From Gaiellaceae bacterium (lineage in GTDB: Bacteria; Actinomycetota; Thermoleophilia; Gaiellales; Gaiellaceae), in assembly GCA_036380355.1 (NCBI GenBank), contig DASVEW010000032.1, positions 23-64,022 of the forward strand: a stretch of 64,000 bases of DNA, in the 5' to 3' direction. Positions within the stretch are counted from its first letter, which is position 1. Every line of letters begins with the position of its first letter. The notes beneath the pieces were generated by a model. It was not told the DNA's origin, did no database searches, and saw only the letters and a list, made by a program, of their open reading frames with translations. Positions 27,267 to 35,295 of this stretch are shown here, piece by piece. Both the position numbers and the translations under genes were made by a program.

Positions 27267-27493
27267 TCCATCCGAGAGTCGACAAGTTGCTCTCGAACGT
27301 TCCCGACCGCTACGGCCTCGTGCTCGTCGCGGCGAAGCGCGCGAGGCAGATCAACAACTATCACCACCAGCTCGGCGAGGGCACGTTCGAGGACTTCCCG
27401 CCGCCGCTCGTCGAGTCCCGCTCGAAGAACTACCTCACGATCGCCCTCGAGGAAGTCGCCGAGGGCAAGATCAAGCACGAATACAAGAAGTAG
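27263..27493 (+). CDS. rpoZ: DNA-directed RNA polymerase subunit omega
   Basis: GTGA overlap with gmk. Contains DRYGLVLVAAKRARQI. Confidence 0.85.
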   Translation: MIHPRVDKLLSNVPDRYGLVLVAAKRARQINNYHHQLGEGTFEDFPPPLVESRSKNYLTIALEEVAEGKIKHEYKK

Positions 27494-27502
27494 GTAGCCC
27501 TC

Positions 27503-28678
27503 GTGGCGCGCGTCCTGGTCGGTGTCACCGGGGGGATCGCCGCTTACAAGGCGTGCGAGCTGGTGCGTCTGTTCGTCAAGGGCGGCCACGAGGTCGTCCC
27601 GCTCGTGACGCCCGGCGCCGACCGCTTCGTGCGGGCCGAGACCTTCCACGCGCTCGCGCGGCGGGCGCCCGATGCGGCGTACCCGCACCTCGAGCGCGCG
27701 GATCTCTACCTGATCGCGCCGCTCACGGCCAACACGCTCGCGCAGCTCGCCCACGGGCTCGCCGACAACGTCGTCTCCGAGGCGGCGCTCGCACACGACG
27801 GGCCGCTGCTTGTGGCGCCCGCGATGAACGTGCGGATGTGGAACCACCCGGCGACGCAGGCCAACGTCGAGACGCTCAGAAGACGCGGCGTGGAGATCGT
27901 CGGGCCCGAGGAGGGCGACCTCGCCGAGGGCGAGGAAGGCGTCGGCCGGATGGCGGAGCCCGTGGACATCTTCGCGCGCGCCGAGCAGCTTCTCGGGGCA
28001 AGTAACAGTCTGTTACTTGGAAAGACGGTGGTCGTTGCGGCCGGTGGCACGCGGGAGCCGATCGACGCGGTGCGCTACGTCGGCAACCGCTCCTCCGGGC
28101 GGATGGGCGCTGCGGTGGCCGAAGAAGCTCGCCGCCGCGGAGCCCGGGTGACGCTGATCGCGTCGAATCTGGGCGTCGATCCTCCCACCGGCGTCCAGGT
28201 CGTGCAGGCCCCGACCGCGGCCGACCTGGCCCGGGAGACTGTGGCCCGGGGAGACGCGGACGTCGTGGTCATGGCCGCGGCCGTCTCCGACTACCGGCCT
28301 GCGGACCCTCGCGCCGACAAGCGCCCGAAGGACGAGGCGCCCTGGCAGCTCGAGCTCGAACCGACCGACGACGTGCTGCGGACGCTCGGCGCGCAGTCGA
28401 CGAACGGCCGGATCCTGGTCGGCTTCGCCGCGGAGACCGGGGAGGACGGTCTCGCCCGCGCCAGGGCGAAGCGGACCGGCAAGAATGCAGATCTCGTCGT
28501 CTACAACGATGTGGGCAGGTCGGACGTGGGGTTCGAGTCGGCCGACAACGAGGTCGTACTGATTTCCGAGGCAGGGGAGCGGAGGGTGAGCAAGGCGCCG
28601 AAGAGCCGGATCGCAGCCGAGATCTGGGACGAGGTCGAGCGGCTGCTAGGGGAGAACGGTGGCCGAGCGGAGGGCTGA
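27503..28678 (+). CDS. coaBC: bifunctional phosphopantothenoylcysteine decarboxylase / phosphopantothenate-cysteine ligase
   Basis: GVTGGIAAYK (flavoprotein domain), PAMN, then AGGTREPIDAVRYVGNRSSG (CoaB domain). Confidence 0.9.
   Translation: MARVLVGVTGGIAAYKACELVRLFVKGGHEVVPLVTPGADRFVRAETFHALARRAPDAAYPHLERADLYLIAPLTANTLAQLAHGLADNVVSEAALAHDGPLLVAPAMNVRMWNHPATQANVETLRRRGVEIVGPEEGDLAEGEEGVGRMAEPVDIFARAEQLLGASNSLLLGKTVVVAAGGTREPIDAVRYVGNRSSGRMGAAVAEEARRRGARVTLIASNLGVDPPTGVQVVQAPTAADLARETVARGDADVVVMAAAVSDYRPADPRADKRPKDEAPWQLELEPTDDVLRTLGAQSTNGRILVGFAAETGEDGLARARAKRTGKNADLVVYNDVGRSDVGFESADNEVVLISEAGERRVSKAPKSRIAAEIWDEVERLLGENGGRAEG
27999..28019. repeat. perfect 21-bp AT-rich palindrome CAAGTAACAG-T-CTGTTACTTG inside the coaBC interdomain linker
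   Basis: Read directly. Same motif family as 49760..49780 and 49816..49836. Confidence 0.8.
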
Positions 28679-29630
28679 GGAGCGTCCGAGGTCGATCGAG
28701 GTCTCGGGCGAGACGCTCGACCGCGTGACCGCGAACATCGGCCGGGTCGTCCACGCGCCACAGGAGACGCTCCGGCTGGCCGTGCTCTCGCTCGTCAGCG
28801 AGGGACACCTGATCATCGAGGACTTCCCCGGGGTCGGGAAGACGATGCTCGCGAAGGCGCTCGCGCGCTCGCTCGACTGCTCCTTCTCGCGGATCCAGTT
28901 CACGCCCGACCTGCTCCCGTCGGACGTCACCGGCGTGAACGTGTTCGACCAGCGGACGAACGAGTTCGAGTTCCGGCCCGGCCCGGTCTTCGCGAACCTG
29001 CTGCTCGTGGACGAGGTCAACCGCGCCTCGCCCAAGACCCAGGCGGCGCTCCTCGAGTGCATGCAGGAGAACCAGGTGACGGTCGACGGGGTCAGCTATC
29101 CGCTCGGCCTGCCGTTCATGGTGCTGGCGACGCAGAATCCAATCGAGTACGAGGGCACGTATCCGCTGCCGGAGGCGCAGCTCGACCGCTTCACGATGCG
29201 CCTCTCCATCGGCTACCCGCCGCTCGCCGAGGAGGCGCGGATGCTCAACGAGCAGACGAGCGAGCCGCCGCTCGAAACCCTCGAGCCCGTCTCCAGTACG
29301 GCGGAGATCGTCGGCGCGATCGAGGACGCGAAGCGCGTCTTCGTCGAGGAGAGCGTCAACCGCTACGTGGTCGCGCTGCTCCGGCACACGCGCGCCGACG
29401 AGCGGCTCTACCTCGGCGCGAGCCCCCGGGCCGGCATCGCCCTGCTGCGCGTCGCCAAGGCGCGCGCGATCTCGGAGGGCCGCGAGTACGTCCTGCCGGA
29501 CGACGTCAAGGCGGTCGCCGAACCGGTGCTCGGCCACAGGCTGATCCTCGGCCCGGAAGCGCGTGCGGCCGGCCTCGGGGCCTCAGAGCTGATCGCGGAC
29601 GCCGTCGAGCGGACGCCGGTCCCCGTCTAG
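28659..29630 (+). CDS. MoxR-family AAA+ ATPase
   Basis: Walker A FPGVGKT. Also FSRIQFTPDLLPSDVTG, Walker B LLLVDEVNR and ATQNPIEYEGTYPLPEAQLDRF. Confidence 0.9.
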   Translation: MAERRAEERPRSIEVSGETLDRVTANIGRVVHAPQETLRLAVLSLVSEGHLIIEDFPGVGKTMLAKALARSLDCSFSRIQFTPDLLPSDVTGVNVFDQRTNEFEFRPGPVFANLLLVDEVNRASPKTQAALLECMQENQVTVDGVSYPLGLPFMVLATQNPIEYEGTYPLPEAQLDRFTMRLSIGYPPLAEEARMLNEQTSEPPLETLEPVSSTAEIVGAIEDAKRVFVEESVNRYVVALLRHTRADERLYLGASPRAGIALLRVAKARAISEGREYVLPDDVKAVAEPVLGHRLILGPEARAAGLGASELIADAVERTPVPV

Positions 29631-29632
29631 TC

Positions 29633-29794
29633 GTGCTCCTCCAGGCGATACACGCCTGCTTCTGGCCCGCGATCACTCGGCGCCAGAGCCGACCCTCCTC
29701 CTCACCAAGGCTAGGCAGCCTTGGCTCGTCGGAGTGCGCGCTCTGGCTTGGTGCTCCCGACCCAGAAACGGGGCAGCATCACCTGAAGGAGCAC
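29633..29794 (+). repeat. 162-bp imperfect-palindrome intercistronic element, copy 2
   Basis: See copy 1. Lies between the moxR stop (29628-30) and the DUF58 ATG (29797). Confidence 0.85.
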
Positions 29795-29796
29795 TG

Positions 29797-31020
29797 ATGC
29801 TGACCCGCCGCGGCCGGTTCACGCTGGCGCTGGGCGGAGGCACCTACCTGGGCGCCTGGGCATTCGGTGCGCAGGTGCTCTACGCGCCTGCCGTCGGCCT
29901 CTTGCTCGCCGTCGGCGTAGCGCTGATCTGGACGAACGCGCTCGCGCGGCCGCTCCGTCTCCACCGCCACCTCGACCGCGAACGGCCGGTCGAGGGCGAC
30001 GACGTCGTCGTGAGGGTCGAGCTCGAGGCGGAGGGAGGCGTGATCCCCGCAACGGTGCTGCTGCACGAGCCGGTCGGGAGGCTGGGCGAGCAGGAGGTCG
30101 TCGTCGCGCGGGACGGACGATTCCTCCGCGCGGTCTACCGGCTGCCGAACGTCCCGCGGGGCCGCTACCGCTTCACCGGCGCCCGCGCCGTCGTGGACGA
30201 CCCCTTCGGGCTCGCGAAGCGCGTCCAGCCGCTCGAGGACGCGGCGCCGCTGCTCGTCTATCCGCGGCTCGCGCGCCTGAACGCGCTCTTCGCCGAGCGG
30301 GGCCTCCGCGCCCACGGCGCCGGGCGGATGCTCCTGCGCCGCCCGACCGGCTTCGAGCTCCACAGCGTGCGCGAGTACCAGAGCGGCGAGTCCCTCCGGC
30401 GGGTCCACTGGCCGTCCACGGCCCGCCGCCACCAGCTGATGGTGAAGGAGCTCGAGGACGCCCCGCGCGACGAGCTCGTCATCGTGCTGGACGCGGAGGC
30501 CGGGCACGGTGCCGGGCGGCCGGGCGACTCGAGCTTCGACGCGCAGGTGCGCGCGGCCGGATCCCTCCTTTGGGCCCACGCGCGCCGCGGCCGGCACGCC
30601 CGTCTCGTAGTCACGAGCGCCGCCGCGGACGACGCTGTGTCGGTCCGCAACTACGAGCGGGACTGGCCGCGCGCGCTCGAGATCCTCGCCTCGGTGGAGC
30701 AGAACGGCCGCCGCCCGGTCGAGACGCTCCTGAGCGACCAGGCCGGGGCGGCCACCCATGCGCGCGACCTCGCAGTCGTCACCGCGGCGCTGCGGCCTCC
30801 GCTGGTCCAGACGCTGATCTCCCGCGCGGCGGCGAGGCAGGAGGTCTCGGTCGTGTACGTGGACGCACCCTCCTATGCCGGCCGCCGGCAGGCGACGCTC
30901 GGCGCCGCGACCGCCGTCCTGCGTCTGGAGAGCGCCGGCATCGCCGTTGCCGTGCTCCGCCGGGGCGACGACCTGGAGGCAGTGCTCGGCGGAGCGGAGA
31001 GTGGGGCGGCGCATGGTTAG
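29797..31020 (+). CDS. DUF58-domain protein (vWA-like partner of MoxR)
   Basis: ATG 29797. Two N-terminal TM segments. REYQSGESLRRVHWPSTAR is the DUF58 signature. Confidence 0.85.
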   Translation: MLTRRGRFTLALGGGTYLGAWAFGAQVLYAPAVGLLLAVGVALIWTNALARPLRLHRHLDRERPVEGDDVVVRVELEAEGGVIPATVLLHEPVGRLGEQEVVVARDGRFLRAVYRLPNVPRGRYRFTGARAVVDDPFGLAKRVQPLEDAAPLLVYPRLARLNALFAERGLRAHGAGRMLLRRPTGFELHSVREYQSGESLRRVHWPSTARRHQLMVKELEDAPRDELVIVLDAEAGHGAGRPGDSSFDAQVRAAGSLLWAHARRGRHARLVVTSAAADDAVSVRNYERDWPRALEILASVEQNGRRPVETLLSDQAGAATHARDLAVVTAALRPPLVQTLISRAAARQEVSVVYVDAPSYAGRRQATLGAATAVLRLESAGIAVAVLRRGDDLEAVLGGAESGAAHG

Positions 31021-33304
31021 GACCGCGCTGCTCGCGCTTCTTCCCGCGCTTCTGATCACCACCGGCTGGCAGGGCCTCGAGCAGCCGGTCCGCGGGACCG
31101 AGCTCACACTCGCCGCGGCGCTGGCGGTCGCGGCGGCGATCATCCCGCGCCGCTGGCTGCGGCGGTGCGCGGAGGTGGCCGCGTCCGTCGCCGTGCTGTC
31201 GATCGCCTTCGAGGTCTCGCCGCTCGACGCCCGGCCCTTCGACGGCGACCACGACTTCCTCGGCCCGGTCCTCACGGGCTTCGGCAACGGCGTGATCGAC
31301 TTCTACGAGGTCTCGCTGCCGTTCGACCCGTCGGCCGAGGCGCGCATGCACGGCGTCCTCGTGGTGGCCGTCTTCGCGTTCACGCTCCTCGCCGCGCTCG
31401 CAATCGCCGCGCGCCGGCCGGTCCTCGCCGCCGCGACGACGTTCGCCGGCGCCGCCTGGCCGGCGACGCTCGTTCCCGAGAACGCCACGACCGCCCGCGG
31501 GGTGATCCTGCTCGCGTCCGCGCTGATCCTCCTCGCCGCGCTCCGGCCGGGAGCTCGCCGCGGCGAAAGGCAGGCGCTGCTCGTCGGCGGCGCCGTCGTG
31601 TTCGCCGCGCTCGTCGCCGTCAGCTCGCCGTCGGTCGCGAAGGGCGGCTTCCTCGACTGGGAGCAGTGGGAGCCCTACAAGCGGGCGGCGAAGCCGATCA
31701 GCGTCCAGTACGTCTGGGACTCGGACTACGACGGCATCGACTTCCCGAAGACGGCGACCACGGTCTTCACAGTGGACGCGCCGCGCCGGTCGCCCTACTG
31801 GCGCGCCACGACGCTGGACTTCTTCCTCGACGACCACTGGCAGGAGCGCGCGGAGCCGACCCAGTGGACGAGCGACGGGGACCGCGACGTGCTCGATTTC
31901 GACCCCTTGATGCCGCCGCGCGCGTTCAACCGCCAGAACTGGCTCCAGCAGCGGGTGAAGATCAGGGCGCTGCAGGACACGCACCTCGTCGGGGCGAGCG
32001 TCCCGGTCGCGTTCGAGCAGGGGCTGACGCAGACCTATGCGCCCGGCATCGCCTACGTCGGCCGGCTCGAGCGCGACGAGGAGTACCGGGTGTGGAGCTT
32101 CGCGGCGCAGCCGACGCCGCAGGCGCTCGCACGGTCACGGCCGTCGTACCCTCCCGAGCTCGAGCTCGACAGCCCGTTCCTCACTGTCGGAGGCTTCTAC
32201 GGCCTCCCGGCCCTCGGGACGCCCGGACGGGATGCCGCGGTGGAGGAGCTGCTCGACGCCCGCGAGGAGCTGGCTCCCTACCGCGCGCTGTACCGCCAGG
32301 CGCAGAGCGTCGTCGGCAGCCCGCAGAACCCGTACGCGGCGGCGGTGGCGCTCGAGGCCTGGTTCCGCTCGAGCGGCGAGTTCACGTACGACGAGCATCC
32401 GCCCACGACCGGCACGGCACCCCCGCTCGTCTCGTTCGTGACCGGCCATCGCCGCGGCTACTGCCAGCACTTCGCCGGCGCGATGGCGCTGATGCTGCGC
32501 TACCTCGGGGTCCCGGCCCGCGTCGCCGCCGGCTTCACGACGGGCACGTTCGACGAGGACGAGGGCCGGTGGACGGTCTCGGACACGAACGCGCACACCT
32601 GGGTCGAGGTCTGGTTCCAGGGCTACGGCTGGCTCCCGTTCGACCCGACGCCCGGGCGCGGCCGGCTGCGAGCCGAGTACACGGCGTCGTCGCTCTTCTT
32701 CGACGCGCCCGGAGCGACGGCGGCCTTCACCGGCGCAGCGGCTGCGCTCGGCCTCACCGTCCTCCGCGACCGGCTGGGCGGCGCGTCGCTCTCGCCCGAC
32801 GACCGCGTGCGTGGCCCGGACGAGGGCTTCGCGCCCGACGCCCCGGGCGCCGGCGCGGCGACGCAGCCGACGGACGAGCGGAACGATGTCCGCCTCCTCG
32901 CGACGCTCCTGGGCGCGAGCGCCGCGGTCCTCGCCGCCTTCTGGCTCGCGAAGGCCGGCCGGCGGCGGCTTCGATACAGGAGCGACGACCCGCGCAGGGT
33001 CGCCGGAGCCGTGCGGGCCGAACTCGAGGACTACCTCGCCGACCAGCGCGTCCGGCTCCCGAGAAGCGCCACGCCCGCCGACCTCAGCCGGACGATGTGG
33101 GAGCGGTTGCGGGTGGACGGCGACCAGCTCGCCGCGGCTCTCGCTCAGGCCCGGTTCGGACCGGCGGACGAGGCGGAGCGCGCCGCCCGCGCGGCCCGTC
33201 GAGAGCTTCGCACCGTGCTGCGGACCATCCGTCGCCGGCTCGGCGCGAAGCGACGGCTGCGAGGCCTTGTCTCGCTCCGGTCGTTCGGGCTCCGCTCGGC
33301 TTGA
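31013..33304 (+). CDS. membrane transglutaminase-domain protein (TgpA-like)
   Basis: Multiple N-terminal TMs. Transglutaminase core GYCQHFAGAMALMLR...HTWVEVWFQGYGWLPFDPTP. C-terminal TM plus DUF4129-like tail. Confidence 0.85.
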   Translation: MVRTALLALLPALLITTGWQGLEQPVRGTELTLAAALAVAAAIIPRRWLRRCAEVAASVAVLSIAFEVSPLDARPFDGDHDFLGPVLTGFGNGVIDFYEVSLPFDPSAEARMHGVLVVAVFAFTLLAALAIAARRPVLAAATTFAGAAWPATLVPENATTARGVILLASALILLAALRPGARRGERQALLVGGAVVFAALVAVSSPSVAKGGFLDWEQWEPYKRAAKPISVQYVWDSDYDGIDFPKTATTVFTVDAPRRSPYWRATTLDFFLDDHWQERAEPTQWTSDGDRDVLDFDPLMPPRAFNRQNWLQQRVKIRALQDTHLVGASVPVAFEQGLTQTYAPGIAYVGRLERDEEYRVWSFAAQPTPQALARSRPSYPPELELDSPFLTVGGFYGLPALGTPGRDAAVEELLDAREELAPYRALYRQAQSVVGSPQNPYAAAVALEAWFRSSGEFTYDEHPPTTGTAPPLVSFVTGHRRGYCQHFAGAMALMLRYLGVPARVAAGFTTGTFDEDEGRWTVSDTNAHTWVEVWFQGYGWLPFDPTPGRGRLRAEYTASSLFFDAPGATAAFTGAAAALGLTVLRDRLGGASLSPDDRVRGPDEGFAPDAPGAGAATQPTDERNDVRLLATLLGASAAVLAAFWLAKAGRRRLRYRSDDPRRVAGAVRAELEDYLADQRVRLPRSATPADLSRTMWERLRVDGDQLAAALAQARFGPADEAERAARAARRELRTVLRTIRRRLGAKRRLRGLVSLRSFGLRSA

Positions 33305-33879
33305 CGCTGGAGGCAGTCGTCCTCGCGGCGGGCGAGGGCCGGCGCCTTCGTCCACTCACGGAGACCTGGCCCAAGCCGCTGCTTCCGATCGACCGCCGCC
33401 CCGTGATCGCGACGCTCCTGCGCGAGCTCGAGTTCGCCGGCCGCGTCACGGTCGTCACGGGCCACCTGGAGGACAAGCTGCGGCGGTTCCTCGCGCCCTG
33501 GGACGTGACGTTCGCCCACCAGCCGGAGGTGCTCGGCTCGGCGGACGCCGTCCGGCGGGCGCTGGACGCCGGCGCGAGGCCTCCGATCCTGGTCACCGCC
33601 GCCGACACGCTCTACGTCCCCGGTGCGCTGGCGCGCTTCGCCGCCGTTTTCGAGGAGAGCGGCGCCGCGGCGGGAATGGCGCCGCCCGCCTGGGCGTTGA
33701 AAGAAGAGGCCGTTCCGTTCCTGGACGACCTGCCGGGCCCGCCGTACGAGCTGCGGACCGCGTTCGAGCGAATGGCGGAGAGCGGCCTCCACGTCGAGAC
33801 GATTGAGATCGGCCCGACGCGGAGCATCACAACTCCGGCAGATCTCGTCCGCGAAAACTTCATCTACCTTGAGGACTGA
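33301..33879 (+). CDS. nucleotidyltransferase (sugar-phosphate NTP-transferase fold)
   Basis: TTGA overlap with the upstream gene. Contains VVLAAGEGRRLRPLTETWPKPLLPI. Confidence 0.7.
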   Translation: MTLEAVVLAAGEGRRLRPLTETWPKPLLPIDRRPVIATLLRELEFAGRVTVVTGHLEDKLRRFLAPWDVTFAHQPEVLGSADAVRRALDAGARPPILVTAADTLYVPGALARFAAVFEESGAAAGMAPPAWALKEEAVPFLDDLPGPPYELRTAFERMAESGLHVETIEIGPTRSITTPADLVRENFIYLED

Positions 33880-33882
33880 GCA

Positions 33883-34233
33883 ATGAGCGACACCTACGAA
33901 CTCTTCCAGCAGGGCCGCACCCACCTCCGCAAGGGGCGGGCCGCCCAGGCGACCGTGGCTTTGGAGAAGGCGAAGAAGCGCGAGCCGGACAAGGCCTCGA
34001 TCCGGGAGGCGCTCGGCATCGCGTACTTCCGCATCCAGCGCTACGACGAGGCGGAGCGCGAGTTCCGCGCCATGCTCGAACTGTCGCCGACGGACGACTA
34101 CGCGCACTACGCGCTCGGTCGCTGCCTGGAGAAGAAGGGCCGCGAGCACGAGGCCAACGGCCACTACAAGCTCGCGAGCTCGCTGAAGCCCGGCAGCGAG
34201 CAGTACTCGTCGCGGATCCGCGATCTCGGCTAG
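33883..34233 (+). CDS. TPR-repeat protein
   Basis: 116 aa. Two to three TPR-like units (ALGIAYFRIQRYDEAEREFRAMLELSP...). Confidence 0.65.
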   Translation: MSDTYELFQQGRTHLRKGRAAQATVALEKAKKREPDKASIREALGIAYFRIQRYDEAEREFRAMLELSPTDDYAHYALGRCLEKKGREHEANGHYKLASSLKPGSEQYSSRIRDLG

Positions 34234-34665
34234 TTGAGAGCCGTCGTCCAGCGCGTCGCGGAGGCGCGCGTGCTCGTGGACGGCGAGGGCGTGGCGGAGA
34301 TCGGCGCCGGTCTGTGCGTGCTGCTGGGCGTGGCGCGGGAGGACGATGAGGGCGAGGCCGTCCGCCTCGCCGACAAGGTCGCGAAGCTGCGAGTCTTCGA
34401 GAACGAGGACGGACGCTTCGACCGGTCGGTGGTGGACGCGGGCGGCGCCGCCCTCGTCGTCAGCCAGTTCACGCTGATCGCCGACACCGCGAAGGGCAAC
34501 CGTCCGAGCTTCTCCGGCGCGGCGCCACCCGAGCAGGCAGAGCCGCTCTACGAGTCGTTCTGTGCGGCTCTGCGAGGCCTGGGCGTCGACGTCGCGACCG
34601 GGCGCTTCGGCGCCCGGATGGCCGTCGAGCTCGTGAACGACGGCCCGGTGACGATCGTCCTCTAG
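34234..34665 (+). CDS. dtd: D-aminoacyl-tRNA deacylase
   Basis: MRAVVQRV..., SQFTL and GNRPSF motifs. 143 aa. Confidence 0.9.
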   Translation: MRAVVQRVAEARVLVDGEGVAEIGAGLCVLLGVAREDDEGEAVRLADKVAKLRVFENEDGRFDRSVVDAGGAALVVSQFTLIADTAKGNRPSFSGAAPPEQAEPLYESFCAALRGLGVDVATGRFGARMAVELVNDGPVTIVL

Positions 34666-34789
34666 ACCTGGTCGGACGCTCCGAGCTCGGCGAGCCGGGT
34701 CGTCACGAGCCGCGACCGCCCAAGACAGGCGGGAATATTGCCAACGTCTTCGTGTGTGGGCCCACCGCATTGCTATCCTCCAAACACCA

Positions 34790-34836
34790 CATTTCGAGGT
34801 GCAGGACGAAATGGGCGCGCGGCGCCCGTTTTTTTT
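34790..34836 (+). terminator. leader hairpin plus intrinsic terminator/attenuator immediately upstream of rimP-nusA
   Basis: CATTTCG(34790-96)/CGAAATG(34807-13), then GGGCGC-GCG-GCGCCC (34813-27), a G and eight T (34829-36). The rimP SD GAGGAG and ATG 34849 follow. Confidence 0.65.
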
Positions 34837-34848
34837 GAGGAGATTCGG

Positions 34849-35295
34849 ATGGCAGACGTGTACGACAAGGAGAAGACGCTGCTCCGGGAGATCACGCCGA
34901 AGGTCGAGGGTGCGATTCCCGGGGTCGAAGTGCTGGCGCTGGAGCTCTCCGGACCGGAGCGCTTCACCGTCTACATCGACCACCCGCAGCGGGTGGACCA
35001 CGCGCTCTGCGAGCGCGTCACCGACGTGCTGCGCCCGTATCTCCAGCAGTACACCGTCGACGTCTCGTCGCCGGGCGTCGAGCGCCCTCTGCGGACGCCT
35101 GCTCACTTCGAGCGGGTCGTCGGTCGCCGGGCCGCGCTGCGGACCGCGGACGACGTCGGCGGCCGCCGCAAGTTCAAGGGTGAGGTCGTGGACGCGGGCC
35201 GGAACGGCATCCGCCTCTCGGCCGACGGCAACGAGTACGAGATTCCGTACGACTCGATCGTGCGGGCGAACCTGATCGAGGAGGACATGAGATGA
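34849..35295 (+). CDS. rimP: ribosome maturation factor RimP
   Basis: Start trimmed to ATG 34849 (MADVYDKEKTLL...). SSPGVERPL motif. Position before nusA. Confidence 0.9.
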   Translation: MADVYDKEKTLLREITPKVEGAIPGVEVLALELSGPERFTVYIDHPQRVDHALCERVTDVLRPYLQQYTVDVSSPGVERPLRTPAHFERVVGRRAALRTADDVGGRRKFKGEVVDAGRNGIRLSADGNEYEIPYDSIVRANLIEEDMR

